DNA of 64,000 nucleotides from Candidatus Eiseniibacteriota bacterium (GTDB lineage Bacteria > Eisenbacteria > RBG-16-71-46), in NCBI GenBank assembly GCA_963725865.1, contig CAVSAC010000012.1, forward strand, positions 960,001 through 1,024,000. Direction: 5' to 3'. Of the stretch, positions 1-9,583 are shown one piece after another. Below the pieces are notes generated by a model, which did not search any database, was not told the origin of the DNA, and worked only from the letters and a program-made list of their open reading frames with translations. A program made the position numbers and the translations under genes. Position 1 is the stretch's first letter, and every line of letters starts with the position of its first letter.

Positions 1-2
1 AG

Positions 3-425
3 CACCGCATCGCTCGGGGCCGCAAGTTCAGCATCGTCGTGATCTCCGAGGGCGCGGAGTTCCGGCCCGATCCCGACGGCTACGTGCTTCCGCAGGGCCC
101 CGAGCGCCTCGACGAGCTCGGGCGGCGCCGCTACGGCGGCATCGGGGACGTGCTCGCCGAGGTCATCGAGTCGCGCATGAAGATCGAGACGCGCACGGTG
201 AAGCTCGGCTACGTCCAGCGGGGCGGCACGCCGAGCCCGTTCGACCGCCTGCTCGGTTCGCGCATGGGCGTCATGGCGGTCGACCTGGCCGCGTCCGGGC
301 AGTTCGGTCGCATGGTGAGTTTCCAGGGCGGACACATCACGTCGGTCGAGCTGTCGATCGTCCGGCAGGGACCCCGCCTCGTCGACAAGGAGCTGGCTCA
401 GGTGGCACGCGTCTTCTTCGGATAG
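3..425 (+). CDS. pfkA: 6-phosphofructokinase, C-terminal part (5' end outside window)
   Basis: Frame open from window start: [30 protein letters not shown] motifs; upstream of gap. Confidence 0.9.
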   Translation, partial: HRIARGRKFSIVVISEGAEFRPDPDGYVLPQGPERLDELGRRRYGGIGDVLAEVIESRMKIETRTVKLGYVQRGGTPSPFDRLLGSRMGVMAVDLAASGQFGRMVSFQGGHITSVELSIVRQGPRLVDKELAQVARVFFG

Positions 426-490
426 CGTGCCGCATCGTCCACGACAAGCCGGTGATTCGGCCGGCCATCCCATAGAGAAGGAGTCACCTC

Positions 491-1489
491 ATGGCACTTC
501 GTGTCGGTATCAGCGGCTTCGGCCGCATCGGTCGCCTCGTCATGCGAGCCGCAGTCGACCGCAACGCGCCCATCGAGTTCGTCGCCGTCAACGACATCAC
601 CGATGCGCCGACACTGGCCCACCTGCTCAAGTACGACACCGTTCACCGCACCTGGAACAAGGCCGGCAAGGCCGAGGACGGATGCCTGGTCGTCAACGGC
701 AAGAAGATCCGGGTGCTCGCCGAGAAGGAACCCGCCAAGCTGCCGTGGAAGGAGCTCGGGGTCGATGCGGTCATCGAGGCCACCGGCAAGTTCACGGACC
801 GGGCTGGCGCCTCGCAGCACCTCGTCGCGGGCGCCAGGCACGTGCTGGTCTCGGCGCCGGCGAAAGACGCCGACCTCACGTTCGTGATGGGCGTCAATCA
901 CCAGCAGTTCGACAAGGCCAAGCACCAGGTCGTGAGTATCGGCTCGTGCACCACCAACTGCCTCGCGCCGGTCGCCAAGGTGCTGAACGACACGTTCGGC
1001 ATCGAGCACGGCCTGATGACGACCATCCACGCCTACACCAACGATCAGAAGATCCTCGACCTACCGCACAAAGACCTGCGGCGCGCGCGCGCGGCGGCGC
1101 AGAACATGATCCCGACCTCGACCGGCGCGGCCAAGGCGATCGGCCTCGTGATGCCGGAGCTGAAGGGCAAGCTCGACGGCTTCGCGGTCCGCGTGCCGGT
1201 GATGAATGGCTCGGTCGTGGACCTGACCGTGGTGGTCAAGAAGGCGACCGACAGGGATGCGGTGAACGCGGCCATGAAGGCGGCGGCGGAGGGTCCGATG
1301 AAGGGCTACCTCGAGTACTGCACCGACCCGATCGTGTCCACCGACGTCATCGGCAATCCTCACGGCAGCGTCTTCGATGCGCTCTCGACGGTCGTCATGG
1401 CGGGGAACATGGTCAAGGTCCTGTCGTGGTACGACAACGAGTGGGGCTTCTCGCAGCGCGTGGTCGATGCCCTGCTGCTGATGGCGTGA
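491..1489 (+). CDS. gap: Type I glyceraldehyde-3-phosphate dehydrogenase
   Basis: GFGRIGR, SCTTNCLAP catalytic motif, WYDNEWG; RBS AAGGAG. Confidence 0.98.
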   Translation: MALRVGISGFGRIGRLVMRAAVDRNAPIEFVAVNDITDAPTLAHLLKYDTVHRTWNKAGKAEDGCLVVNGKKIRVLAEKEPAKLPWKELGVDAVIEATGKFTDRAGASQHLVAGARHVLVSAPAKDADLTFVMGVNHQQFDKAKHQVVSIGSCTTNCLAPVAKVLNDTFGIEHGLMTTIHAYTNDQKILDLPHKDLRRARAAAQNMIPTSTGAAKAIGLVMPELKGKLDGFAVRVPVMNGSVVDLTVVVKKATDRDAVNAAMKAAAEGPMKGYLEYCTDPIVSTDVIGNPHGSVFDALSTVVMAGNMVKVLSWYDNEWGFSQRVVDALLLMA

Positions 1490-1496
1490 GGCGGCC

Positions 1497-2723
1497 ATGA
1501 CACCCACGACCGTGCCGTACTACGCCTCGAAAGCGAGCGTCAAGGACATCGATCCCAAGGGCAAGCGCGTGCTCATGCGCGTCGACTTCAACGTCCCGAC
1601 CAAGGACGGCGAGGTCACCGACGACACTCGCATCGTCGCCGCGTTGCCGACCATCCGCTATCTGCTCCAGCAGGGCGCGCGCCTGGTGCTGGGGTCGCAT
1701 CTCGGGCGGCCCAAGGGCGGGCCCGAATCGAAGTACTCGATGAAGCCGGTGCAGGCGCGCCTCGAGCGCCTGCTGCGCCAACCCGTGGCGTTCGTGGACG
1801 ATTGCATCGGCCCCGCGGCCGAAGCAGCCACCCGCGCGCTCCAGGACGGCCAGGTGCTGCTGCTCGAGAACCTGCGCTTCCACGCCGAGGAGGAGAAGAA
1901 CGATCCCGCGTTCGCGCAGGCGCTGGCGAAGCTCGGGGACCTGTACGTGAACGATGCGTTCGGCACCGCGCATCGCGCGCACGCCTCGACCGCGGGCGTG
2001 GCGAAGTTCCTGCGTCCCGCGGTGGCCGGCTTCCTGATGCAGCAGGAGCTGGACTACCTCGGCAAGGCGCTCGACCATCCGGTGCGCCCGTTCGTCGCCA
2101 TCCTCGGCGGCGCCAAGATCTCGGGCAAGATCGACGTGATCACCGCGCTGCTCGGCAAGGTCGACCGCCTGGTGGTGGGCGGCGCGATGATGTTCACGTT
2201 CTACAAGGCGCAGGGCCGCCCGGTCGGGAAGTCGCTGGTCGAGGACGACCGCGTCGAGATGGCCAAAGCGGTGCTCGCCGAGGCCGCGAAGCGCGGCGTC
2301 GAGCTGGTGCTGCCGGTCGACTGCGTCGCCTCGGCGGCGACGGATGGCAGCGCACCCGGCCGCCCGTGCGCGATCGACGCGCTCGGTGCGGACGACATCG
2401 GCGTCGACATCGGACCGGCGAGCGTGAAGCTGCTCGCGGATAAGCTGCGGGACGCCCGGACCATCGTCTGGAACGGTCCGATGGGGATCTTCGAGGTCGC
2501 GCAGTTCGCGGCCGGCACGCTCGCGGTCGCGAAGGCCTGCGCCGAGGCCACGGGCCGGGGCGCGGTCACGGTGGTGGGCGGCGGCGACTCGGTGGCGGCG
2601 GTGCAGCAGGCGGGTCTGGCCGAGAAGTTCAGCCACCTGTCGACCGGCGGGGGCGCGTCGCTCGAGTTCCTCGAGGGCAAGGTCCTGCCCGGCGTCGCCG
2701 CGCTCGACGAGAAGCGGACCTGA
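1497..2723 (+). CDS. pgk: Phosphoglycerate kinase
   Basis: RVDFNVP, SHLGRP, LLENLRF, DAFGTAHRAHAS, STGGGASLEFLEG. Confidence 0.98.
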   Translation: MTPTTVPYYASKASVKDIDPKGKRVLMRVDFNVPTKDGEVTDDTRIVAALPTIRYLLQQGARLVLGSHLGRPKGGPESKYSMKPVQARLERLLRQPVAFVDDCIGPAAEAATRALQDGQVLLLENLRFHAEEEKNDPAFAQALAKLGDLYVNDAFGTAHRAHASTAGVAKFLRPAVAGFLMQQELDYLGKALDHPVRPFVAILGGAKISGKIDVITALLGKVDRLVVGGAMMFTFYKAQGRPVGKSLVEDDRVEMAKAVLAEAAKRGVELVLPVDCVASAATDGSAPGRPCAIDALGADDIGVDIGPASVKLLADKLRDARTIVWNGPMGIFEVAQFAAGTLAVAKACAEATGRGAVTVVGGGDSVAAVQQAGLAEKFSHLSTGGGASLEFLEGKVLPGVAALDEKRT

Positions 2724-3502
2724 TGCCGGCCGCCTGGCCGCGCCGGCCGCGACTCGTCGCGGGCAACTGGAAGATGCACAAGACCCCGGGCGAGGGCGCG
2801 GCCCTCGCCCGGGAGTTCCTCGCGCTGGCGGGCGCGGGGACGTCGTGCGAGGTCGCGGTGTGCCCGCCGTTCCCGGCGCTGGCGGCGGTCGGCGAGGCGC
2901 TCCGCGGCAGTCGGGTCCACCTCGGCGCGCAGAACCTGCACGCGGCCACCCACGGCGCGTACACGGGCGAGGTGTCCGGGGCGATGCTGGCGGCCTGCGG
3001 CTGCCGATTCGTGATCGTGGGCCACTCGGAGCGGCGCCACGGGATGGGCGAGGACGACGCGGCCGTCGCGCAGAAGCTGCGCGCCGCGCAGCGCGACGGC
3101 CTGGTGCCGATCGTGTGCGTCGGCGAGCTGCTCGCGGAACGCGAAGGCGGGCACACCGCGGAGGTGCTCGTGCGCCAGGTGCGGGCGGCGTACGACGGCC
3201 TCGACCGCGCGGCGGCGGCGGCGACCGTGGTGGCGTACGAGCCGGTGTGGGCGATCGGCACCGGCAGGGTGGCGACTCCCGAGCAGGCGCGCGAAGCCCA
3301 CGCGATCGTGCGGGAGACGCTCGAGCGGGTGGTGGGGGCGGGCGCGGGACAGGCGATCGCGATCCTCTACGGAGGCAGCGTGAACGCCTCCAACGCGGCC
3401 ACGCTGTTCGCCGAGTCGGAGCTCGACGGCGCGCTGGTGGGAGGGGCTTCGCTCGAGGCGGCCTCGTTCTGGCGTATCGTCACCGCCGCCGCGACGGCGT
3501 AG
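2723..3502 (+). CDS. tpiA: Triosephosphate isomerase
   Basis: AGNWKM, GHSERR, AYEPVWAIGTG, LVGGASL. Confidence 0.98.
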   Translation: MPAAWPRRPRLVAGNWKMHKTPGEGAALAREFLALAGAGTSCEVAVCPPFPALAAVGEALRGSRVHLGAQNLHAATHGAYTGEVSGAMLAACGCRFVIVGHSERRHGMGEDDAAVAQKLRAAQRDGLVPIVCVGELLAEREGGHTAEVLVRQVRAAYDGLDRAAAAATVVAYEPVWAIGTGRVATPEQAREAHAIVRETLERVVGAGAGQAIAILYGGSVNASNAATLFAESELDGALVGGASLEAASFWRIVTAAATA

Positions 3503-3524
3503 CGCTGGCGGCGCGGGCCGGCGG

Positions 3525-3553
3525 TTGACGCCGCCTGCGGCCGTTGGTACTCT
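3525..3553 (+). promoter_or_regulatory. sigma70-type promoter for secG-tRNA
   Basis: TTGACG-17 bp-TACTCT with TGn extended -10. Confidence 0.7.
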
Positions 3554-3603
3554 CCACCGCCGTTTCGAGTCGTGTGTCGTCATCCTCACGGTCAGGGGTT
3601 CGC

Positions 3604-4002
3604 ATGTTCGTCGCTCTGCTCATCCTCCATCTCCTCGTCTGCCTCGGCCTGATCACCGTGGTGCTCGTGCAGTCCGGCAAGGGCGGCGGGCTCGCGGGCG
3701 GCGCCTTCGGCGGCACCGCGCAGACCGTGTTCGGCGGGCGCGGAGCCACCGACTTCATCACGCGCGCCACGATGATCCTCGGCGCGACCTTCTTCCTGAC
3801 GTCGATCGCGCTGGCGCTGATGAAGACGCACGAGGGAGGCGGGACCCGCAGTCTGCTCCAGGAGGAGGCGCGGCGCACGAGCCAGCAGGCACCGGCCCGC
3901 GTGCCGTCGGCGGCTCCGAGCGCTCCAGGTGCCGCCACACCCGCACCGGCGCCCGCGCCGACCGCTCCCGCGCCGACCGCTCCCGCGGGCGGCGGTCGCT
4001 GA
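3604..4002 (+). CDS. secG: Preprotein translocase subunit SecG with Pro/Ala-rich tail
   Basis: Two TM segments, VLVQSGKGGGLAGGAFGG loop; conserved tpiA-secG-tRNA-Leu order. Confidence 0.93.
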   Translation: MFVALLILHLLVCLGLITVVLVQSGKGGGLAGGAFGGTAQTVFGGRGATDFITRATMILGATFFLTSIALALMKTHEGGGTRSLLQEEARRTSQQAPARVPSAAPSAPGAATPAPAPAPTAPAPTAPAGGGR

Positions 4003-4045
4003 GGAAGGATCCACGCGGCGTTCGCACGCCGCGGTCGAGAGGGAT

Positions 4046-4130
<85 letters not shown>

Positions 4131-4141
4131 CTGAAGCACGA

Positions 4142-4170
4142 GAGGCCACGCGGCGCCGCCACGTGGCCTC
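4142..4170. terminator. Hairpin between tRNA and convergent tlpA (possible terminator)
   Basis: GAGGCCACG...CGTGGCCTC inverted repeat; weak U tract. Confidence 0.5.
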
Positions 4171-4271
4171 CCTCGTTCCGGGTGCATTTCCGCGCCCAGT
4201 CTGCCGGCGACAACGCTCGAGGCCGCGCGGCGGACACCGCGCGGCCTCGCGTGCTTCGCTCGGGTCCGGCG

Positions 4272-4784
4272 CTAGAACAACTCGCGCACGTAGTTCTCGA
4301 ACGTCTCGCCGTCGATGTAGCCGACCACGCGCCGCACGACCTCGCCCTTGCGGTTGATGAAGAACGTGGTGGGGATGGCGCGGATCGGGCCGTACAGGTC
4401 GAGGACCTTGTCGTCGGCCATGGCGAGCCGGAATCCGATCCCGAGCCGGTCCGCGAAACGGCGGACCTTCTGGCCATCGCCATCGTCGACCGAGAGCCCG
4501 ATCACGACCAGTCCGCGGTCGCGGTAGCGCTCCTGCATGGTCGTGAGGTGGGGCATCGAGGCCTTGCAGGGCCCGCACCAGGTGGCCCAGAAGTCGAGGA
4601 TGACCGGCCGCCCGCGATAGTCCGACAGACGCACGGTCTTGCCGTCGAGCGCGCGCACGGAGAACTGCGGCGCGATGCGATCGCCCGCGTGGGTCGCGGG
4701 CGCGATCGCGAAGGATGCGGTCGTGGTCGCGAACACGAAGGCGAGCAGCGGGCTCAGATGACGAGGCACGGGGCGACTCCTCAT
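4272..4784 (-). CDS. TlpA-family thiol:disulfide oxidoreductase, exported
   Basis: Signal-like N-terminus, DFWATWCGPC, IPTTFFIN. Confidence 0.9.
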   Translation of the reverse strand: MRSRPVPRHLSPLLAFVFATTTASFAIAPATHAGDRIAPQFSVRALDGKTVRLSDYRGRPVILDFWATWCGPCKASMPHLTTMQERYRDRGLVVIGLSVDDGDGQKVRRFADRLGIGFRLAMADDKVLDLYGPIRAIPTTFFINRKGEVVRRVVGYIDGETFENYVRELF

Positions 4785-5021
4785 GGATGACGTCGACGTC
4801 GGTGATCAGCGCTCGATGGGGAGAGCGTATCCGAATCGATGCGAGGCGGCACGCGCACGAAGGTGTCGTTGGGCTTCTTTTTGCACGCCTTTGACGCCGC
4901 CGGAGCGCCGCACGCGAGACGTCGATCTGACGTGCGTGCGGCCCGGCGTGAAGAACGTGGGAATGGATGCGCTCGCGTGGGGTAGGAAAGGGCGCGGTGG
5001 CCCGCGGATCGCGCTCGCGCC

Positions 5022-5050
5022 TTGAGGGCGTCCCGGTCGCGTGGTAGCGT
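5022..5050 (+). promoter_or_regulatory. sigma70-type promoter for tol-pal operon
   Basis: TTGAGG-17 bp-TAGCGT with TGn extension. Confidence 0.55.
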
Positions 5051-5153
5051 GCCGTGGCCAGCTCCCCAGGCCGCAAGGCCTCGTTCCCTTTCGCTCGTCG
5101 GCGCGGCGTACCGGGCGGCGCGGCGACCCGACTTCACAAGGAGTGTGAAGCCG

Positions 5154-5858
5154 ATGGTCCTTGGCACCCTCATCCTGCAGATCGGCGGCGTGCGGGCCTC
5201 CATCCCGGCGCTGGTCGCCAGTTCGAGCATCTTTTCGAAGCTGATCCTCGTGGTGCTGGTGGTGATCTCGGTGGTCTGCTGGGCCATCATCGCCGATCGG
5301 CTTCGCCTGCTGGTCCGCGCCGAGCGCGCCGACCGCGACTTCCTGGCGGCGTTCCGCCGGCTGGCGGCGGGAGCGGACCTGCGTCTGGCGGCGCAGCAGC
5401 ATCCGGCGAGTCCGCTCGCAGCGCTGGCGCTCGCGGGCCAGCGCACGCTCGACGTGCACCCGGCGGCGGTCGCCCCGGGCGCCCCGGTGTCGGTGCGCTA
5501 CGAGCTCGCACAGCGCGCGATGGAGCGCGCCGCGGGCGAGCAGGCTGCCGGGCGCGAGCAGCACGTGGGCACGCTCGCGACGGCCGGCAGCGTGTCGCCG
5601 TTCATCGGCCTGCTTGGCACGGTCTGGGGCGTGATGACCTCGTTTCTCAACATCGGCGCCCAGGGATCCGCCTCGCTGGTCGTGGTCGGTCCCGGCATCG
5701 CCGAGGCGCTGATCGCGACCGTGGCGGGGCTCGCCGCGGCGATCCCGGCGGTGGTGGCCTACAACCACCTCACCGGCCGCCTGCGCCAGCTCGACAATCA
5801 TGCGGTGCAGTTCATCGGCGAATTCCTCGACCGTCGGGTCGGAGGGCTCGAAGCGTGA
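5154..5858 (+). CDS. tolQ: TolQ (MotA/TolQ/ExbB proton channel)
   Basis: [35 protein letters not shown]; alternative GTG start at 5145. Confidence 0.9.
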   Translation: MVLGTLILQIGGVRASIPALVASSSIFSKLILVVLVVISVVCWAIIADRLRLLVRAERADRDFLAAFRRLAAGADLRLAAQQHPASPLAALALAGQRTLDVHPAAVAPGAPVSVRYELAQRAMERAAGEQAAGREQHVGTLATAGSVSPFIGLLGTVWGVMTSFLNIGAQGSASLVVVGPGIAEALIATVAGLAAAIPAVVAYNHLTGRLRQLDNHAVQFIGEFLDRRVGGLEA

Positions 5859-6265
5859 GCGTGCACCTGGGCCCCGAGCGCCGACCGATGGCGGACATCA
5901 ACGTCACGCCGTTCGTCGACGTGGTGCTGGTGCTGCTCATCATCTTCATGGTGACCGCCCCGTTCCTGCAGGGCGGGCTCGAGATCGACCTGCCGCGCGT
6001 GGCCTCGCGGGGCCTCGACGTGCGGGAAGGCCTGGTGGTGAGCATGCGGACCGACGGCACGATCGCGCTCGGCAGCACGGTGGTCGCGCGGGCGCGCCTC
6101 GAGGACGCGCTGGCGCGCGCCGGCGCGGCGCAGCGGCCGGTGTTCCTGCGGGCCGACCGCGGGGTTCCGTATGGCGACGTGGTCGAGCTGATCGCGCGGC
6201 TGCGGCGCGCCGGCATCTCCTCGCTCGGGCTCGTGACCCAGCCGCCGGCGAGGAAGCCGAGATGA
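5855..6265 (+). CDS. tolR: TolR (ExbD/TolR family)
   Basis: [35 protein letters not shown] overlap with tolQ. Confidence 0.9.
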   Translation: MSVHLGPERRPMADINVTPFVDVVLVLLIIFMVTAPFLQGGLEIDLPRVASRGLDVREGLVVSMRTDGTIALGSTVVARARLEDALARAGAAQRPVFLRADRGVPYGDVVELIARLRRAGISSLGLVTQPPARKPR

Positions 6266-6927
6266 GGCAGGCGCTGGTCGGCTCGTCCGCGGTGCACCTC
6301 GCGATCCTGGCGGGGTTGCTCGCGGTGCGCGCCGGTGCCCCGATCGTGGTGCCGGGCCCGGACGTGGTGCAGGTGGCCCTGCTCGATCCCGCCGACCTGC
6401 CGACCGCGGTCGCACCGCGGCCGCCCGCGCCCGAACCGGAACGCGAGATGCCCGCACTGGCGCCCCCGGAGGACGCCGAGGGGGTGAAGCTGGTGAAGCC
6501 GCGCCCGGAGCCCAAGCGGCCGAAGCCGCGCGAGGAGAGCCGGCCGACGGAGCCATCGCCGAGCGCGGCGGCATTGCCGTACGCCGCGATCGGCAGCGCC
6601 GGACTGCGCGGCCAGGTGGCGGTGGACGCCGCGGATTTCGAGTTCACGTACTACCTGCTGCTGGTGCGCAACCGGATCGCGCAATCGTGGAGCCCGCCCG
6701 CGGGGCTCGCGACCGGGGGCCAGCCGGTGCGCGCGGTGGTGTACTTCCGCATCGCCCGCGACGGCGGCCTCTCGGACGTGCGACTGGAATCGGCGAGCCG
6801 GGTCGAGTTCTTCGACCGCTCGGCGACGCGCGCGGTGATCCTGAGCGACCCGCTGCCGCCGCTGCCGCTCGGATTCGCGAGCGGGAGCCTCGGCGTGCAC
6901 TTCGGCTTCGAGTACGCCACGCCATGA
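6262..6927 (+). CDS. TolA/TonB-family energy transducer
   Basis: SxxVH TM anchor, Pro-rich linker, TonB-C-like domain; lies between tolR and tolB. Confidence 0.82.
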   Translation: MRQALVGSSAVHLAILAGLLAVRAGAPIVVPGPDVVQVALLDPADLPTAVAPRPPAPEPEREMPALAPPEDAEGVKLVKPRPEPKRPKPREESRPTEPSPSAAALPYAAIGSAGLRGQVAVDAADFEFTYYLLLVRNRIAQSWSPPAGLATGGQPVRAVVYFRIARDGGLSDVRLESASRVEFFDRSATRAVILSDPLPPLPLGFASGSLGVHFGFEYATP

Positions 6928-8216
6928 GCGCGCGCGCCCTCGTCTGCGCACTCGCCGGCGCGCTGCTCGCCGCCACCGCCGCCACCGTCGCCACCGCCCA
7001 GCCGCCGAGCGACGTGCGCATCGACATCCGCTCGGCCGAGGGGCGGCGCATCCGCGTGCAGTGCGAGCCGCTGGTCCCCGCGGGGGACCGCAGCGCGGGG
7101 ATCACGAGCGTGCAGGCCGACGAGACGCTGGCGGCCGACCTCGATCACTCCGCCGTGTTCACGGTCGCCCGCACGTGGGCGCCCGGACAGGAGGCCTTTG
7201 ACGTGCAGGCGGTGGTGGGCGGGCGCTGGACCGTCAACGGTTCCACGGTCCGCCTGGCGGGCGAGGTGCGGGACGTCCCCGCGCGGCGCCCCATCCTGGT
7301 GAAGGAGTACCGCGGACCGCTCTCCGATTGGCGCCGGCTGGTGCACGAGTTCGCCGACGACGTGGTCCTCCAGTTCACCGGCGAGCGCGGCAGCGCGTCC
7401 ACGCGCATCGCCTTCGCGTCCCGCAATGGACGTGACAAGGAGCTCTGGGTGATGGACGCCGACGGCGCCAACCCGCGGGCGCTCACGACCGACCGCTCGA
7501 TCGCTCTGTCACCGGCGTGGGCGCCCGACGGATCGCTGCTCCTGTTCACGTCGTACCGCGGGGGCAGCGGCCCCCAGATCTGGGTGGTGCCCGTCGCCGG
7601 CGGGCGCGCGCACCTGGTCTCGGGACGCCCCGGCAACAACACCAGCGCGTCGTACTCGCCCGACGGGCGCGAAATCGCCTGCACGCTGTCGCTGGACGGG
7701 AATCCCGAGATCTATCGGCTCGATGCCCGCGGCGGCGCGCCGCAGCGGCTGACCTCGAACCGCGCCATCGACACTTCGCCGGCATGGTCGCCGACCGGGC
7801 AGGAGCTCGCGTTCACGTCCGACCGCGGCGGGAGCCCGCACGTCTACGTCATGGACCGCGATGGTGGTAATGTGCGGCGGCTGACCTATGAGGTGGATTT
7901 CACGGACTCGCCGGCGTGGTCGCCGCGCGGGGACCGGATCGCGTTCGTCGCGCGAACGGGATCGGGCTTCGACATCTACGTCTGCCGCCCGGACGGTGCC
8001 GGCCTGCGGCTCCTGGTGTCGGGCCGAAGCAACGAGAACCCGCGCTGGTCGCCCGACGGGCGCCATCTGGTGTTCGCCTCGAATCGCGAAGGTGCCTATG
8101 CGCTGTTCATCTCGGATCTGGACGAACGAGGTCCGCCGCGCCGGCTGGACACCGGAGGACGCGAGGCGTACTCGCCCGCGTGGTCGCCGTTTCCGGCTCA
8201 TCCCGGCAATCCCTGA
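6924..8216 (+). CDS. tolB: TolB beta-propeller protein
   Basis: Signal peptide, repeated P.WSPDG (PD40) motifs, operon context. Confidence 0.92.
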   Translation: MSARALVCALAGALLAATAATVATAQPPSDVRIDIRSAEGRRIRVQCEPLVPAGDRSAGITSVQADETLAADLDHSAVFTVARTWAPGQEAFDVQAVVGGRWTVNGSTVRLAGEVRDVPARRPILVKEYRGPLSDWRRLVHEFADDVVLQFTGERGSASTRIAFASRNGRDKELWVMDADGANPRALTTDRSIALSPAWAPDGSLLLFTSYRGGSGPQIWVVPVAGGRAHLVSGRPGNNTSASYSPDGREIACTLSLDGNPEIYRLDARGGAPQRLTSNRAIDTSPAWSPTGQELAFTSDRGGSPHVYVMDRDGGNVRRLTYEVDFTDSPAWSPRGDRIAFVARTGSGFDIYVCRPDGAGLRLLVSGRSNENPRWSPDGRHLVFASNREGAYALFISDLDERGPPRRLDTGGREAYSPAWSPFPAHPGNP

Positions 8217-8249
8217 TCCATACTCCACCCCCGACTCGGGAGGTTCGAC

Positions 8250-8774
8250 ATGAGACTCCACAGGACTCGACTGCTCGCCGTCGTCTCGCTCGCGGCGGCG
8301 CTCGCGATGCTCGCGGGCTGCGCCAAGAAGGCCGTGCAGCAGCCGCCGGCGCCGGCCACCCCGCCGCCGACGACGGCACCCGCACCGGCGCCCACCCCGA
8401 CTCCGACCCCCAGCGAGACGCCGGCGCCCACGGTGGTGAAGGCGGAGGACCTCAAGCCGGTGTTCTTCGACTTCGACGCCTACACGCTGTCGGCCACGGC
8501 GCGCGAGGTGCTCGATGCGAACGCGCGGATGCTGCGCGAGCACGGGGACATCCGCGTGGTGATCGAGGGGCATTGCGACGAGCGCGGCACGGTGGAGTAC
8601 AACCAGGCGCTCGGCGAGCGCCGCGCGCAGGCGGCCCGCGACTACCTGGTGAACGCCGGAATCCAGGCCAATCGGCTGTCGACGATCTCGTACGGCAAGG
8701 AGCGACCGTTCGCGACCGGCAGCGACGAGGCCGCGTGGGCGCAGAATCGCCGCGCGCACTTCGTGACCCCGTGA
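8250..8774 (+). CDS. pal: Peptidoglycan-associated lipoprotein Pal
   Basis: LAGC lipobox, FFDFD, IEGHCDERGT.EYNQALGERRA, SYGKERP, NRRA. Confidence 0.96.
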   Translation: MRLHRTRLLAVVSLAAALAMLAGCAKKAVQQPPAPATPPPTTAPAPAPTPTPTPSETPAPTVVKAEDLKPVFFDFDAYTLSATAREVLDANARMLREHGDIRVVIEGHCDERGTVEYNQALGERRAQAARDYLVNAGIQANRLSTISYGKERPFATGSDEAAWAQNRRAHFVTP

Positions 8775-9583
8775 TGGGCCGCCTGCCGATCGCCGAATCC
8801 GATCGATCGCGCATCGCCCGGCGCTCCGCGGCGCTCGTCGGGGGCCTGGCGCTCGCGGGCGCGCTCAGCGGCCTCACCGGCTGCATGGCGCCGCAGCTCG
8901 CGCTGCTGCGCTCGGGGCTCGACAGCCTGCGCACTCAGGTGGACACCCTGACGGTGCGCGACTCGATCGCCTATCGGGTGCTGCTCGACACCCGCCAGGA
9001 CCTGGCGGAGCAGCGCGATGTCCTGCTGTCCACCCGGGCCACGACCGGCAGCACGACGCAGGAGCTGTTCGAGCAGATGTCGCGGCTGGAGGGCAAGCTG
9101 GACGAGGTGATGGGGCGCTTCAACCAGCTGTCGACGCGGACCGGGTCGGCACCGGCGGGCGTGCCTCGCGGCGCGGATCCAGATTCCGCGGCGGCGGGCG
9201 CGGTGGACGTCCAGCAGCTCTACGATCAGGCGGCCCAGGATCTCACCCAGGGGCGCTACGCGATGGCGCTCCAGACCTTCCGCGAGGTGGTGCGACGCCA
9301 GCCGACCTCCGAGCTGGCGGACAACGCGCAGTACGGCGTCGGGGAGTGCCTGTTCGCGCAGTCGATGTTCGACAGCGCGGCGGTCGAGTATCGCAAGGTG
9401 GAGGCGTCGTGGCCGCTCGGCGAGAAGGTGCCTGCCGCGCTCTACAAGCTGGCGTTGGCCGAGGACAAGCTCGGGCACAAGCAGCAGACGACCCGCACGC
9501 TCGAGGACCTGGTCAAACGCTTCCCCCTCTCCGGGGAGGCCCAGCTGGCCCGTGAGCGACTGGGTGTCCCGAAGCGCCGCTAG
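8774..9583 (+). CDS. cpoB: CpoB/YbgF TPR lipoprotein
   Basis: LTGC lipobox, coiled coil, TPRs (ADNAQYGVGE, KVPAALYKLA); follows pal. Confidence 0.85.
   Translation: MGRLPIAESDRSRIARRSAALVGGLALAGALSGLTGCMAPQLALLRSGLDSLRTQVDTLTVRDSIAYRVLLDTRQDLAEQRDVLLSTRATTGSTTQELFEQMSRLEGKLDEVMGRFNQLSTRTGSAPAGVPRGADPDSAAAGAVDVQQLYDQAAQDLTQGRYAMALQTFREVVRRQPTSELADNAQYGVGECLFAQSMFDSAAVEYRKVEASWPLGEKVPAALYKLALAEDKLGHKQQTTRTLEDLVKRFPLSGEAQLARERLGVPKRR

Noticed and set aside
4870..4885. sigma54-like TGGGCTTCTTTTTGCA upstream of tolQ
   Set aside because: Poor -24 match and a better sigma70 motif lies closer to the gene
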